DNA from: Antedon mediterranea | Lineage: Eukaryota; Animalia; Echinodermata | Direction of reading: 5' to 3' | NCBI RefSeq assembly: GCF_964355755.1 | Contig: NC_092680.1 | Coordinates: forward strand, 16,811,045-16,875,044 | Length of the DNA: 64,000 nucleotides | Shown: positions 1-12,227 of the stretch, in pieces | How positions within the stretch are numbered: position 1 is the first letter of the stretch | Layout: the number at the start of each line of letters is the position of its first letter | Made by a program: the position numbers and the translations under genes | Notes under the pieces: generated by a model | What the model was told of the DNA's origin: nothing | Database searches by the model: none | Seen by the model: only the letters and a program-made list of their open reading frames with translations

Positions 1-32
1 AATAATAATGCAATATAAACAGTAAAACTTAC

Positions 33-51
33 CACTTTCGTCAGATGACAT
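33..51 (-). CDS. First coding exon of a third NLR paralog (NLR-0), gene continues off the left edge
   Basis: Exon 73-33 reads ttttcag|AAGATTCTAAAACATTAAAAGT-ATG TCA TCT GAC GAA AGT G|gtaagt (MSSDES). It is homologous to the start exons of the two NLR genes (MISSEEG at 8153, MSESMSAEEE at 18122). An upstream 5'UTR exon ends at 849 and is paralogous to the one ending at 8440. Confidence 0.7.
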
Positions 52-2060
52 ACTTTTAATGTTTTAGAATCTTCTGAAAAAAAAGTTTAAAATGGGAAGA
101 AAAAAAAACTACATTATTGTATTTACTTCAGAAGAGAACGGGATATATCGTTAACCAATTTAAACATTTTGAAATTAAAAAATGATTATAACTAGACATT
201 ATTTTAGTATCTAATTGCCACATACTGATAATTTGTACCCCATTAGTGAAAACATTTGATTATTGATTTAACATCATTAATAGGTCAAAGTACGTTCATA
301 TTGTAGACACACTGACTATTTCCACGCACAAGTATTATAGGCCACAGTGGTTCATTGCAGTAGATTCTCTTACGGTACTATGTCTAGCGTTAACATAACG
401 TAATCGAACAACAACAGGCAATGAATAGTACTTAGGCCTACATGGTGCATAGTTGGATAAAGGTTGTAGTCAAAAACCAGAAACTGTATGTTGTGTTTAT
501 TGTCTCTGTACGGGAATCTGATGTTTATTGTCTGTTAAATATTCCTAATTCAGAAGTAACTGAAAAAAAATTCTACGTTCATGATTTGAAATATCGAAAA
601 ATTATCGAATTTAAATTATCAACAATCAAATAATAGTTATAGAATAGAATAGAAACTGCAAACTTAGGCTCATAATAATATAAAATGAATTATTGGAAAT
701 AGATTAAATCCAAAATGGGTCTGAGATCTGGAATGAATGCGGTTTATATACTCTAAACTACTAAGCTACTAATAACAACTGTTTACTCTGAGGTATACAT
801 GTTGTTGTTTCAAACGGTACGTATTCTTAGCATACAAACTTAACTTGCCTTTGTGAAACAAGCACCGTTGTCCTAATGGCGGTTATCTCCTTCTCTGGTG
901 CTGGTCGAACAATGAATATTATGATTAGGTTTTTGTCATTATACATTTCCTAATGGTGACGTTGAATATGGTTATTCCATTTTTCTATTATTGTAAACGT
1001 ATGTGTGCAGTCAAGTGCAAGAATAGAACCCCTCTTGTGAAATGCCTACATTTTAAGCTAAATTGTTAGTGTGAAGGTGAACCCATACCAACAACGGATG
1101 ATGTTACCATTTATTGTTGAACTGGAAATTACTGAATCAAACGTAACCTTTACGTGTTCAAGTCAAATAAGTCAAGTAACATTTTGTAAATTAGTACAAT
1201 AATGTAAGATGATAAGTCTGTCGTGCAATCACCATCATCAGTTTCATGAAATAAAATAATAATAATAATAAAACATCAGATACCAAAAATGTAGGCCTAC
1301 TTCTTCGAAGTAGCAGTGTGCTTTCGATCCCAATGTGTTTGCTGAAGTGTTGGTTACATGGGTCAATTAAAAACCAGTGCATAAAAAACTACAATGATGT
1401 CATCACACTACAAAGAAAATTAAATTCAACAAGATACAATATTGTGATTGTATTTATTGAAAATATTATTAATGATTTGCGATATACATTTATACTTAAT
1501 ACTTATTAAAGTGATACACTAATACTTTATTATTATTCATCAAACCAATATATTTTGTGATTATTAAAAGTATATAAAACATAAATAACACAACCATTTC
1601 ATCATTGTATTGTATTATTATTTCATACTCATCTAACAACGAGAAACTGATTGTTCGCTTGGATTGTTCACTTAAATTTACACTTAATTGTAATAAATGT
1701 TACAACTTTCTTTAGGCAGGTCATTTTATTTATTTATGTATAAGTAATAAGTAAAAATTAGATGCCTTATATCTATATTTTCAGACGTTTAATTGCTAAC
1801 CATTCAATCGCCAATCCCATTCCATTTATAATAAAGTTATTCTTTTACTTTTACTGCTATCCCTATCATTAATTGTTTTAAAACATTTCTTTTACATTTT
1901 TTCATTATTAATCCGGTTCATTAAAATGTTCGTTAAATGCCAAGTATATAACTTATTCATGACAACATGGTATTAATTATTCTTCAAGTCCACACTACTT
2001 ATAGATTGAAAAAATAATCGAGTAAGTTATACTCTATCCCATTTACGGCAAGAATTATTA

Positions 2061-5000
2061 CTACTCGATTGTCCCCTGGTAATACATTGTTAACCTCGAT
2101 GGTTGCACTATTAACATGCCTTTTGAGGGGCTGGAGGAGACAACAAACGGGATTGTTTTACTGTTCTGGAAAACTATATTCATTGTTTTGTTGTTTGTTA
2201 TTTCTTTCTTGACGTCTACATATACTCCTCTTCTAGAAAACTTACTTGAAATGATTTGTTTTATATCATTTGGTAAAGCACAGTTATAGAGGTTAAAGTA
2301 CTCCAGCTTTGGAGCAATGTCTACTAAAGAGATTAATTGGGAAGGATTCACATGTTTAAGATTGTTAGTACTCATTAAAAGGATGTTTAATTTTGCTGTT
2401 ACTCGTCTATCAATACACTCTATAATCATATTGTCAATAACAGCACCTGATAAATTACATTTACGCATATTAAGGACTTTCAGTTCAGGAGATATAGCAA
2501 ATAGTAAAGCGAGTGAACATCCACTGATTTCACTTAGGTTATTACCACTAAGATCCAAACCTTTCAATTTTAACGACACTTTATTGTCTACACATTGGCT
2601 AACCATGTCATTGATAATAACACCTGATAAACCACTTTCTTCGACTGTAAGCGTGTCAAGCTCGGAGAAAGTGGTAAACATAGAAGCCATGGAATAACCA
2701 GTAACGTTAGTAAGACAATTCCCATTTATGTTGAGGTCTCTCAATTTGAATTGATTTGTTGTTTTAATTAACTTCTCCATCATATCATTCAGTATGTGTC
2801 CTGATAACCTACAAAAGCTTATGTCAAGAAATAACACCTGATATACAGAACCTAATAATGACGCCAATAATGTACCGTTTATAGTACTTAAGTTATTGCC
2901 ACTGAGATTAAGATACATAAGATCCATTTGTACATTATTGCAATGCTGTACGGGCATGACATTAGTAATTTGCATTTGTCGTCTTGACAAATCATTTGCA
3001 ATTGCATTAATAATGCCACCAGATAGATGACAACTTGAGATTTTAAAATGCTGAAGTTTGGAAGCAATTGTCATAATATAGGCCAGAGACGTGCCTTTAA
3101 TTGTGCTTAAATTGTTGTCATAGAGAATCAACTTTTTTAATTCCAGTGAGACTTTTCCAGAAAAAGATTTTGCCATATCATTGAACACTTGACCAGACAG
3201 CCTACAGTTGTGCATATCGAGAACTTCTAATTTTGGAGCCACAACCATTAACGAAGCCAACGAAGAACCATCGAGATTGTTCAAAACATTATCGCTGATG
3301 TCAAGTTTCTCTAATAGCAATTTTTGTCCACTACTGCAACACTTTTTGATAATATTATTTATAATTTCACCTGATATACTGCATCTAACCATGCTCATAA
3401 CTTTAAGTGTAGGGTTGAGAATTAAGAAGGAAGCCAATAATGAGCTGTCAATGCTGCTGAGGCTGCAACCAATGATAACCAGTTCTTTCAAGGGTAATTT
3501 ACAACCCACACTAGTAATATCTTTTGACATTTCATTAACTACTTTACTCGTAACAGATTCGTCTAATCTTAACGTTTTAAGTTTCGGAGAATTACACAAC
3601 AAGTGAATTAAAAGTGAAGGAGTTACAGAGCATTTCTTCAGACTGAAATTATTTATATCATATTTGAAATTTAGTTTCTTACATTCTAAGTTTAGATGCT
3701 CGATAACATTATCATCACACGTTTCAGAAACTCTTCTTAGAAGCTTATCTTGATCTGGTACAGCGATCATAATATGAGCTAGCATTATGCCCTTTTCTTC
3801 AGATGAACTTTCATTACAAATAACTTTAATAATGGTATCAGTTTCTGCAAAACAAGCTTGTAGTGGTTCAGAAAATACCGGACCTACACCGCGTATGTTT
3901 CTTAACAATTCAATAAATTTGTAATCTTCGCTTACATCTTGGATCATGTGATGAACGCATTTCATTAGGGACACACGTACTCTATCAATATTCGGCTTTA
4001 TTGACAAATGTGTCATGCTTGGGTGAGCACTGAGTGCATTCACTACATCAACTCTGTGCTCCTCTTTCACAATACTTAAATGTGTTATTAAGCTGCGATA
4101 TGTTGTTAAACTATTTGTTATCCAATGATTCAAGAACGTATCAGCCTTAGAACCTAAGAAGCCAATTGCAAACTCTCTTGCAACCTTCAGGTGATCATTG
4201 TCTATTAAACTATCCCATTCACATTCATTCGGAAGTAAATCGGTTTCTGTATTCCTTGTTTCTTTCATTGTACTATGTTGACTCTCTCCAGTCTGTAGAC
4301 TTACTTTATAGAAGTAGAATCCTACTAATGCTTCTACTAATAACTTATGAGGAGCTGTAAAAGTTTCTTCAAAACCGTATCTGGAATTTGGTAAATCTTT
4401 GTACACAAACCCTAATTGTAATGCCAATGTGACCATGTCGTTACTACCCTTTAGCTTCTTTTTGTTGACATATAGCTGGTTGAGTGTAAGACCTTCGTAT
4501 AGTCCTCTTCCTAACACAAGCATTGCGTCTACTAATTGATTCGGTGTATCTTTAAATTCCTCTATTTTCTGACCATTCTTTTCGTCTGTGTTGTATTGAT
4601 TTAAAACACTTCGAAATATTTCTTCAAATAAAACTGATTTTTCGGTTGGAAGATAGGTATTTTCTTCCCACATACCACACACTAACAGAAGCAGCCTTGG
4701 ATTTCTACACATTAAACGCACTTCTCGATGTCTAATAGGTCGGTATCTTTTACGATCAAGTTCTGTATTAAGGGATTCTCCTAAATACGATGCTCCTAAA
4801 TACGAAAAGTGTTTCGTAATATATTTATTTATGTTTTCCCCGTTAAAGCCTTTTACTTTAACATGCACATCACTTTCTTTAATGTATTGATCTATGTTTT
4901 CTGAGCGTGAGGTAAGTATCACTACACAATTTTCCAATTCTTCTCCTTTAAACAAACCTATTGGATCATTAACACCGATCTTTAAATCTTCCAATCCATC

Positions 5001-8000
5001 TAAAAGCAAGACTATTTCATTGTCATGATTGAGAAGAAATCTTTCAATCATTCTTGAATTTTCTGGAAGGCCAGTCTTCAAACTGAAATGCTTTAGTTTG
5101 ATGCGTTTTACAATTACATCTAAGATGTCTTCACCAGCTTCCATATCTCTGACATCAACAACAAATAATATTTTGCCTTGGAAAGTGTGATCTGTTTCGT
5201 TCGCCCATCTGTACGACAGATATCTGAGTAATGTTGTCTTTCCTATACCACCTTCTCCATTTATAAAAACTTTGCAAGCAGGTGTCGACTTAATAAGTGA
5301 TGAAAGCTCGTCTAATTGTATCGGGCTGGGACCTGTTTGGTTTACTTTCATCAGGTCAAGATCTGTAAACATATTCGCCATGTCTCCTTTAAATAGTGAC
5401 TTCTTAAATTCAGGTGCAGACTCATTGGTTTTGATGCAAAATTGTCTTTGATGTTTAAGAAGGTATTCTCTAATGATATCATCTGAAAATATTCATTCAG
5501 AAGTAAAACATATTATTTTATTCATTTAAAGAAAGGCAAAAATATGATTAGTATTTTAAAATACTTTTTTGTATATATTATGTAGGCCTAAATAAAACAA
5601 ATATCTACAATTGGTCTTAATATTGATGTAAACGTTAAATACCTTTGTCTCTCTTTTGTCTTCCAGATTCGGTTGAGTTCATTGCTTCGTCTACTAAAAC
5701 CAACAACATTGTTTCGTTTAACTATATACAATTTCATTAATATTGTACACATTTAAAAATTCAATTACCTTTAACAATTTTGTTTAATTCGCTGTTAGTT
5801 AATTAATAACCAATCACAGAACATATGGGCGTGTTGAATGCTTGTATTGGTTGGTTTAAACTAGTTTGCTAGGTAAAACACAAATAATATATAGCAAGGG
5901 ATTTATTTAACGAGTTTTTGTGGACAGAAGATGAAATTAAAACAAGTATACAATATACATTATTATAAAGTATTTACAATGTTAATTAGTATAAAAAGAG
6001 ATACAAATTATGTTATTTAGATATTACAATAACAATATAGAATAGAATAAAACGTTCTTAAATATATAAAAAGTACAGAGTACAGATAATTCCATGACTG
6101 CATAAAAAAGTAACAACACGTAAGAACATTAAGCTTGCATTTCCCTACCTTGGTAACTAAACCTTTGACTTGGTATTTGTGATACAGGGCTCATTTCTTC
6201 ACCTATTAAAACAAAACAAGTTATGTGAAACAGAATTGTCCAATTTCTTTGTAGTGTATTAATAATATATAAGAAATAGTATAATGTATTTATTATCACA
6301 GCAGTTATTAATAATTTTTTATTGCTTATTTATTATATAGGACAATATATTAGGTTAAAGATGTATTGTTCCTTTAACTAATTCCAAAAAAATAAAAAAT
6401 AAAAGATTTCGAAAAAACGTGGGTCATTTTGAAGTATCATAATAGTTATTAACTATCACCAAAAATGTTTCGACAAAAAAAAATAATTTAACTGAAATAC
6501 AGACGTTTTATACTCTATATGCATAATCATAAAACTTCCTCATGATCTGTGTGAAAATACCTTCTTAACCGTGACGAGTTGTATACAATCCTAATTTAGC
6601 ATATGCATAATGCGTACTAATTTGTTTGAAATCTTTGTTTACTTTTGCTCGTGACGATTTTCCAGTTGAAATGTAATCAAACTAATTTACCTGTTAATTA
6701 CGTAAACTTGTTTTGGCTCGAATTTTCGACTTAAAGTGAATAACTTTAATATTACTTTGATATGGCCACTTTAAATTTAGAATATTTTGACCTTCATTTT
6801 TGTGTGTTTCAATGGACAATACATCTTTAAGATTTATTTGTACGTATAAATAGATGTATATCATACCATAATGAATAAAACACTTCTCAGCTGAATCCAT
6901 TCCATTTTGCCGTAAGATTTGTCTAAATGCTTCAACGTTATCTTCTTTCAGTTTTCCTTGTTTCTCAAGATCCGTAATTAAACTCCAACTGTCTTTATAC
7001 TGCTTAAGTCCCGGAAAGTTACATATTGTATCAAAGGTATTTATATTGGCATCAGTAAGTACTTTGCCGAAATTTAATATATTGATTCTGTGCTTTGTGA
7101 ATGATGTCACATGGACTTTATCAATATTTTTGAAGTGGTACAATTTCTCCTTAATTCTCGACTTAAAACCAGATTGCTTAGTTATTTTGACAGTGTCATA
7201 CAAAAGTGTCAGATTTGTACGATTTAATTGTGCAGGCCCAACTAAATGAGACAACAATTCTGTCACATTAGTTGCTCTTTCCAAAGTCTGATTATCGTCG
7301 ACAATGTCTTTGTATAACACTTTTAACATTCCAAGATATCTAAGGCCATCATACCATGTTGCAAAGTCCACAATCAGCTGCCTGAATTCATCCTCTGAAA
7401 GATCTACATTTTAATAACAGTATCGTATCAGCTATCTTTATGATTTAAAAATATCCTTATTGTATTACTTGGTAATCAGTGATATCAACTATAGTTGTGT
7501 CACATTTCCTCTTCATTGTCACGTTTGACGTTTGTGTAAGATTTTTATTGAATAGATAGATCCTTCTTTCTTTTCAATTTGTCTTTACTTTGGTGTAATT
7601 ATACTACTATACTATACTCAATTAACAGTCAAGGTTAGGTTATTATTTAATTAAAACAATTTTTCTTAGTTTAATAACTATAGTACTCAAACAAGTATTA
7701 ATATAATTTATTAGCAAAGTCATTACAGGGTCATCACTGGGGTCATCATTTTCTATTCCGGAATAAAACATAATACATTTTGGACGTGATCATCTGCAGG
7801 TACTATATTGTCAGTATCAACTTATCTCAGCACTGGTCCTTGTTGTTTAATATTATATTAGGCCTATTTGTAGTATATTTTTTCTGTTATTTACCTTGGT
7901 TTGATTGCACTTTGGATCTCGACGACTCCGGCTTATCTTCACCATCGCCATCATCATCTTCACTACCTATAGAATCAAGATATATTATAACATTTGAATT

Positions 8001-8153
8001 AATAGGGATGATCAATAATTATATAATACTCTTACGATTTGGATCATCTACTGTACTACGGTACTGATTTAATACCTATTTCTCCACACCACTATTATCA
8101 AATAAGAAACAAAATAATATTTATAACTTACCACCTTCTTCAGATGATATCAT
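2061..8153 (-). CDS. NLR-A: NOD-like receptor, acidic N-terminus + tandem DED-like domains + NACHT + LRR, about 1385 aa, apparently intact
   Basis: Coding exons 8153-8132, 7966-7895, 7403-6867, 6202-6149, 5693-5643 and 5482-2061 are all GT-AG, all introns are phase 1, and the frame is continuous (4158 nt). Motifs: Walker A GEGGIGKTT, Walker B LLLDGLEDL, sensor-1 ILTSR, HD1 CRNP, WHD FTAPHKLLVE, then LxxLxLSxNxL / LxxLxMxxCxL repeats. Exon 7403-6867 encodes two helical death-fold-like units (DEFRQLIVDF..., SFTKHRINILNFG...). Confidence 0.88.
6359..6826. mobile_element. Non-autonomous TTAA-flanked DNA transposon (Kolobok-like MITE) in an NLR-A intron
   Basis: ttaa|AGATGTATTGTTCC ... GGACAATACATCT|ttaa gives a TIR with TTAA on both sides. 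Elements with related ends occur at about 41050-41325, 49203-49537 and 50209-50532. Confidence 0.7.
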
Positions 8154-9469
8154 TTCAGTGTTTTAAAGTCCTCTGAAAGAGAATTAAAAAGGCAAATATA
8201 ATTACGGTGTACACTTTTAAAATGTAGGCCTATAGTAATTTAATAAGTTCATAAATTAATAATGTTAGAATAGGCTCATGTACGCCTACAGTATACGTGC
8301 ATACAATAGCCGATGTATAGTCACCGACACATCAAAATGGTCTCTTTATTGATCTATGTAGGCCTATTTTGGTATCTATCAAAATCTCATAATATAAATA
8401 TTTATATATAAACGTAGTCACTCGACATTCAACACTTACCTTTGTGAATTGTAATCAGGCGCAGTAATAAAATGGCGTTTTTCCTTCTTGGATATGGATC
8501 GATTAATAACAATAATACATTTCCGGTGGTTGGCGTTGAATATGATTATTCCATTTTTGTATCATTGTAAATGGAGGTGAGAAAAGGTAAGAACAAAATC
8601 AATGGGATTCTCGGGGGCTGTCTAATAACTGATAGTAATAATTAACTATAATATGGTATTATTATAACTTTTTATTCGTTTGAAAGTGAACTTACACAAA
8701 AACAATAATACTCGATTTGTTCAATTTTAAGTGACTGCTTGTTAACAATTAGATAATGATAAGATTTCTTAAGCGCACTTATCAACATTCAAACCCGAAG
8801 GATACTAAACTGTAAAGCTAAAAAACTACCAAAACCTCACATAACCGATTCCGTTGACCAGCAACGTGTTTTCGATGCGATATGTCTGTTGAAATGTTAG
8901 TAATATTTGGAAAAATGTAAAGTACACTAGAGAAAAATTTCAAGAAATAAACATGTATTAATGTCATGTATTTATTTGTATTTGTATTTAATGATTTGCA
9001 ATTTTTAGGCCTACATTGCTAACAAGTGATAAAGTCTTATTAATAATATATAAATACAGATAATCAATTTGATGAAGCCCACTAAGGTCTGTTTATCTTA
9101 TAATTAAAATAATACACAACAAAATAATATAATTTTATATCAACTACATGTACACAGGTGATGTTAAGGAGAAATAACAAATACAGTAATGAAGAAAATT
9201 AACATCTACTGATTTTGCTTACGATTACCACAAACCAGAGCCGACCTGAATATTTCATTTGAACATTTTGCAATAACAAGTTCACTAAACAGAACCCAAT
9301 CACTAAAATAAAAAAGTATGTGGTAATAATTGCTTAGTTCTCTGATAGGCCTAGGATTATATATTTTAGTCTTTCATCGTCAATCAATAATGTTATTCCC
9401 ACTGAAATCAAGTGAGGGTAATATTAACTTATCTCCCCGTTTTGATAACTCGATTACAATATCATTAAT

Positions 9470-10310
9470 AATTTCACCGGGTAGAGTGCAATTACTCAAA
9501 TTTAACTCTGTATTGGACGAGGAAATGCTTATCAAGGAAGCTAACGATGAACCATCAAGCTGACTGAGGTTATTCCCACTTAAACTAAGTGAACGTAATT
9601 TTAACTTTTCTCCACGTTTTGATAAATTATTTGTCGTAGCATTAACAATATCACCAGACAGAGTACAGTCACTCAAATTTAACTCTGTATCGGACGAGGA
9701 AATGCTTATCAAGGAAGCTAACGATGAACCATCAAGCTGACTGAGGTTATTCCCACTTAAACTAAGTGAACGTAATTTTAACTTTTCTCCACGTTTTGAT
9801 AAATTATTTGTCGTAGCATTAACAATATCACCAGACAGAGTACAGTCACTCAAATTTAACTCTGTATCGGACGAGGAAATGCTTACCAATGAAGCTAACG
9901 AAGAACCATCAAGCTGACTGAGGTTATTCCCACTTAAACTAAGTGAACGTAATTTTAACTTTTCTCCACGTTTTGATAAATTATTTGTCGTAGCATTAAC
10001 AATATCACCAGACAGAGTACAGTCACTCAAATTTAACTCTGTATCGGACGAGGAAATGCTTACCAATGAAGCTAACGAAGAACCATCAAGCTGACTAAGG
10101 TTATTCTCACTTAAATTAAGTGAACGTAATTTTAACTTTTCTCCACGTTTTGATAAATCATTTGTCATAGCATTAATAATGTCTCCAGACAGAGTACAGT
10201 CACTAACATTTAACTCTGTATTGAACGAGGAAATGCTTATCAAGGAAGCTAACGATGAACCATCAAGCTGACTAAGGTTATTTCCATTAAAATTAAGTGA
10301 ACATAATTCT
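9470..10310 (-). repeat. Coding tandem repeat, 177-bp unit (59 aa, two LRRs), about 5 copies, three nearly identical
   Basis: acgatgaaccatcaagctgactgaggttattcccac occurs at 9544 and 9721, with near copies at about 9898, 10075 and 10252. Protein unit: LSGNNLSQLDGSSLASLVSISSSDTELNLSDCTLSGDIVNATTNNLSKRGEKLKLRSLS. Confidence 0.95.
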
Positions 10311-10313
10311 AAC

Positions 10314-10361
10314 TTCTCCCCTGGTTTCGATAAATAGTTCTCCCCTGGTTTCGATAAATAG
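10314..10361 (-). repeat. Perfect 24-bp in-frame tandem duplication in the LRR region
   Basis: ttctcccctggtttcgataaatag x2, giving NYLSKPGENYLSKPGE. Confidence 0.95.
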
Positions 10362-12227
10362 TTTGCCACAACGTTTATAATCTCACCAGATAGAGCACAG
10401 TCACTACAATCTGCATGGTTGGAAGTAATGCTTATTAAGAGAGCTAAAAAAAAACCATCCACTTGGCTAAGGTTATTCCTACTGATATTAAACGAGTACA
10501 ATCCTCTGTGCGTTAATAACCCTGTAGCCACATTATTAATAATCTCACCGGAGAGAGTACAGTTACTAAAATTAAAACTGTTAATGCTCCTTAAGGAACC
10601 TAAAGTAAAGCCATTAATCTGGCTAAGGTTATTCCCACTCAGATTAAGTGATCCTAAATGTATGTTCATTTCTTGATTTGAAATATAATTTGTCATCGCA
10701 TTAATAATCTCACCAGATAGATTGCAGTCACTGCATTTAAAATCTCCATGGTACAAGGAAGTGCTTATCAAAGAAGCTAAAGAAGAACCATCAACTTGGC
10801 TAAGATTATTGCCACTTAAATTAAGTGTATGGAAATCGAATCTGACTTGTTTTGAGATTAAACCATTTGCCATAGCATTAATAATCTGACCAGACAACGT
10901 ACAGTAACTAACATCAATCTTTGCAGGGAAGGGGATATATTGGCTTAATAAGGAAGCTAAAGAAGAACCATCCACCAGGCTAAGGTTATTCCCACTCAAA
11001 TTGAGTTTGTAGAATGTTAACTTCACTCCTCGTTTTAATAAATCATTTGCCATAGAATTGAAAATCTCACTAGACAGAGTACAATAACTTACATCAAAGT
11101 CTGTAGTCGAGTTACTGCTTATTAAGGAAGCTAAAGAACCACCATCTACCTGGCTAAGGTTATTCCTACTTAAATTAATTAATTGAAATTTGAACTTCAC
11201 TCCTCGTTTTAATAAATCATTTGTCATAGCATTAATAATCTCACCAGAGAGATTACAATCACTAACATCAATTTCAAACCAGATAGGCCTAATGCTTATT
11301 AAGGAAACTAAAGAAGAAACATCAACCTGACTAAGGTTATTCCCACTCAAACAGAGTGAAGATAACCCTATAATTTTTCCAGGTAAAGATTGTACCATAT
11401 CATTGAGCACATGACCTGACAGTTTACAGTTGCGCATGTCTATACCGTCTAATTTTGGAGCTATAACCATCAGCGAAGCAAACGAAGAACCACAAAGATT
11501 TTCCAATAGATTATCGCTTATGTTAAGGTATTCTAATAGCAATTTATGTCCACTACAACAACTACTACAACACTTGTTAATCATATTATTCATAAATTCA
11601 CCCGATATACTGCAGTTGATCATATCCAAACCTGTAAGTTTTGGGGTGAGCATTAAGAAAGAAGCGAATAAACAGCCATCAATGTTGCCAAGGTTGCAAT
11701 CATAGATAAACAGTTCTTCCAAGGCTAATTTACAACCCCTACTAGTGACTTCTTTGAGCATGTCATGTACTGCATCACTTTTAATGCATTTGTTTAAAGT
11801 CAAACGTGCAAGTCTTGGAGAATACCTCAACAAGTGAATTAAAAACAAAGAAGTTGCACGACTTTGTTCCAAAGCAAAATGTTATATCGTACTTGATATT
11901 TAGTTTCTGACATTCTGAGTTTAGATGCTCAATAACATCATCATCGCACGTTTCAGGAACCATTTTCAGAAGTTTACCTTGCTTTGGTACAGCGATCATA
12001 ATATGAGCTAGCATTATGCCCTTTTCTTCTAATGACTTTTCATTACAAATGATTTCAACAAGTTTTTCAGTTTCTGTAAAACAATCCTGTAATTGTTTAG
12101 AAAATACAGGACCTATGCCGTGTATATTTCTTAAAAGTTCTAAAAAATTGTAATCTTCTTTTAGATCTGGAATCATGTAATGAATGCATCTCATTAGTGA
12201 TGCACATATTTTATCAATTTGCGGTTT

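Noticed and set aside
2317-4360. Plus-strand ORFs 2317-2697, 3208-3606, 4166-4360 (also 10419-10676, 11430-11705)
   Set aside because: Antisense shadows of the LRR/NACHT coding frame with no independent motifs.
6694-7371. ORFs 6694-7371 and 16109-16720 as standalone genes
   Set aside because: Each is an internal DED exon bounded by splice sites. The ORF tails run into intron or MITE sequence.
8600-8695. NF-kB-like (gggattctc) and ISRE-like (gaaagtgaac) motifs upstream of NLR-A
   Set aside because: Imperfect short matches that are not clearly conserved at the paralogous position. They could be chance.
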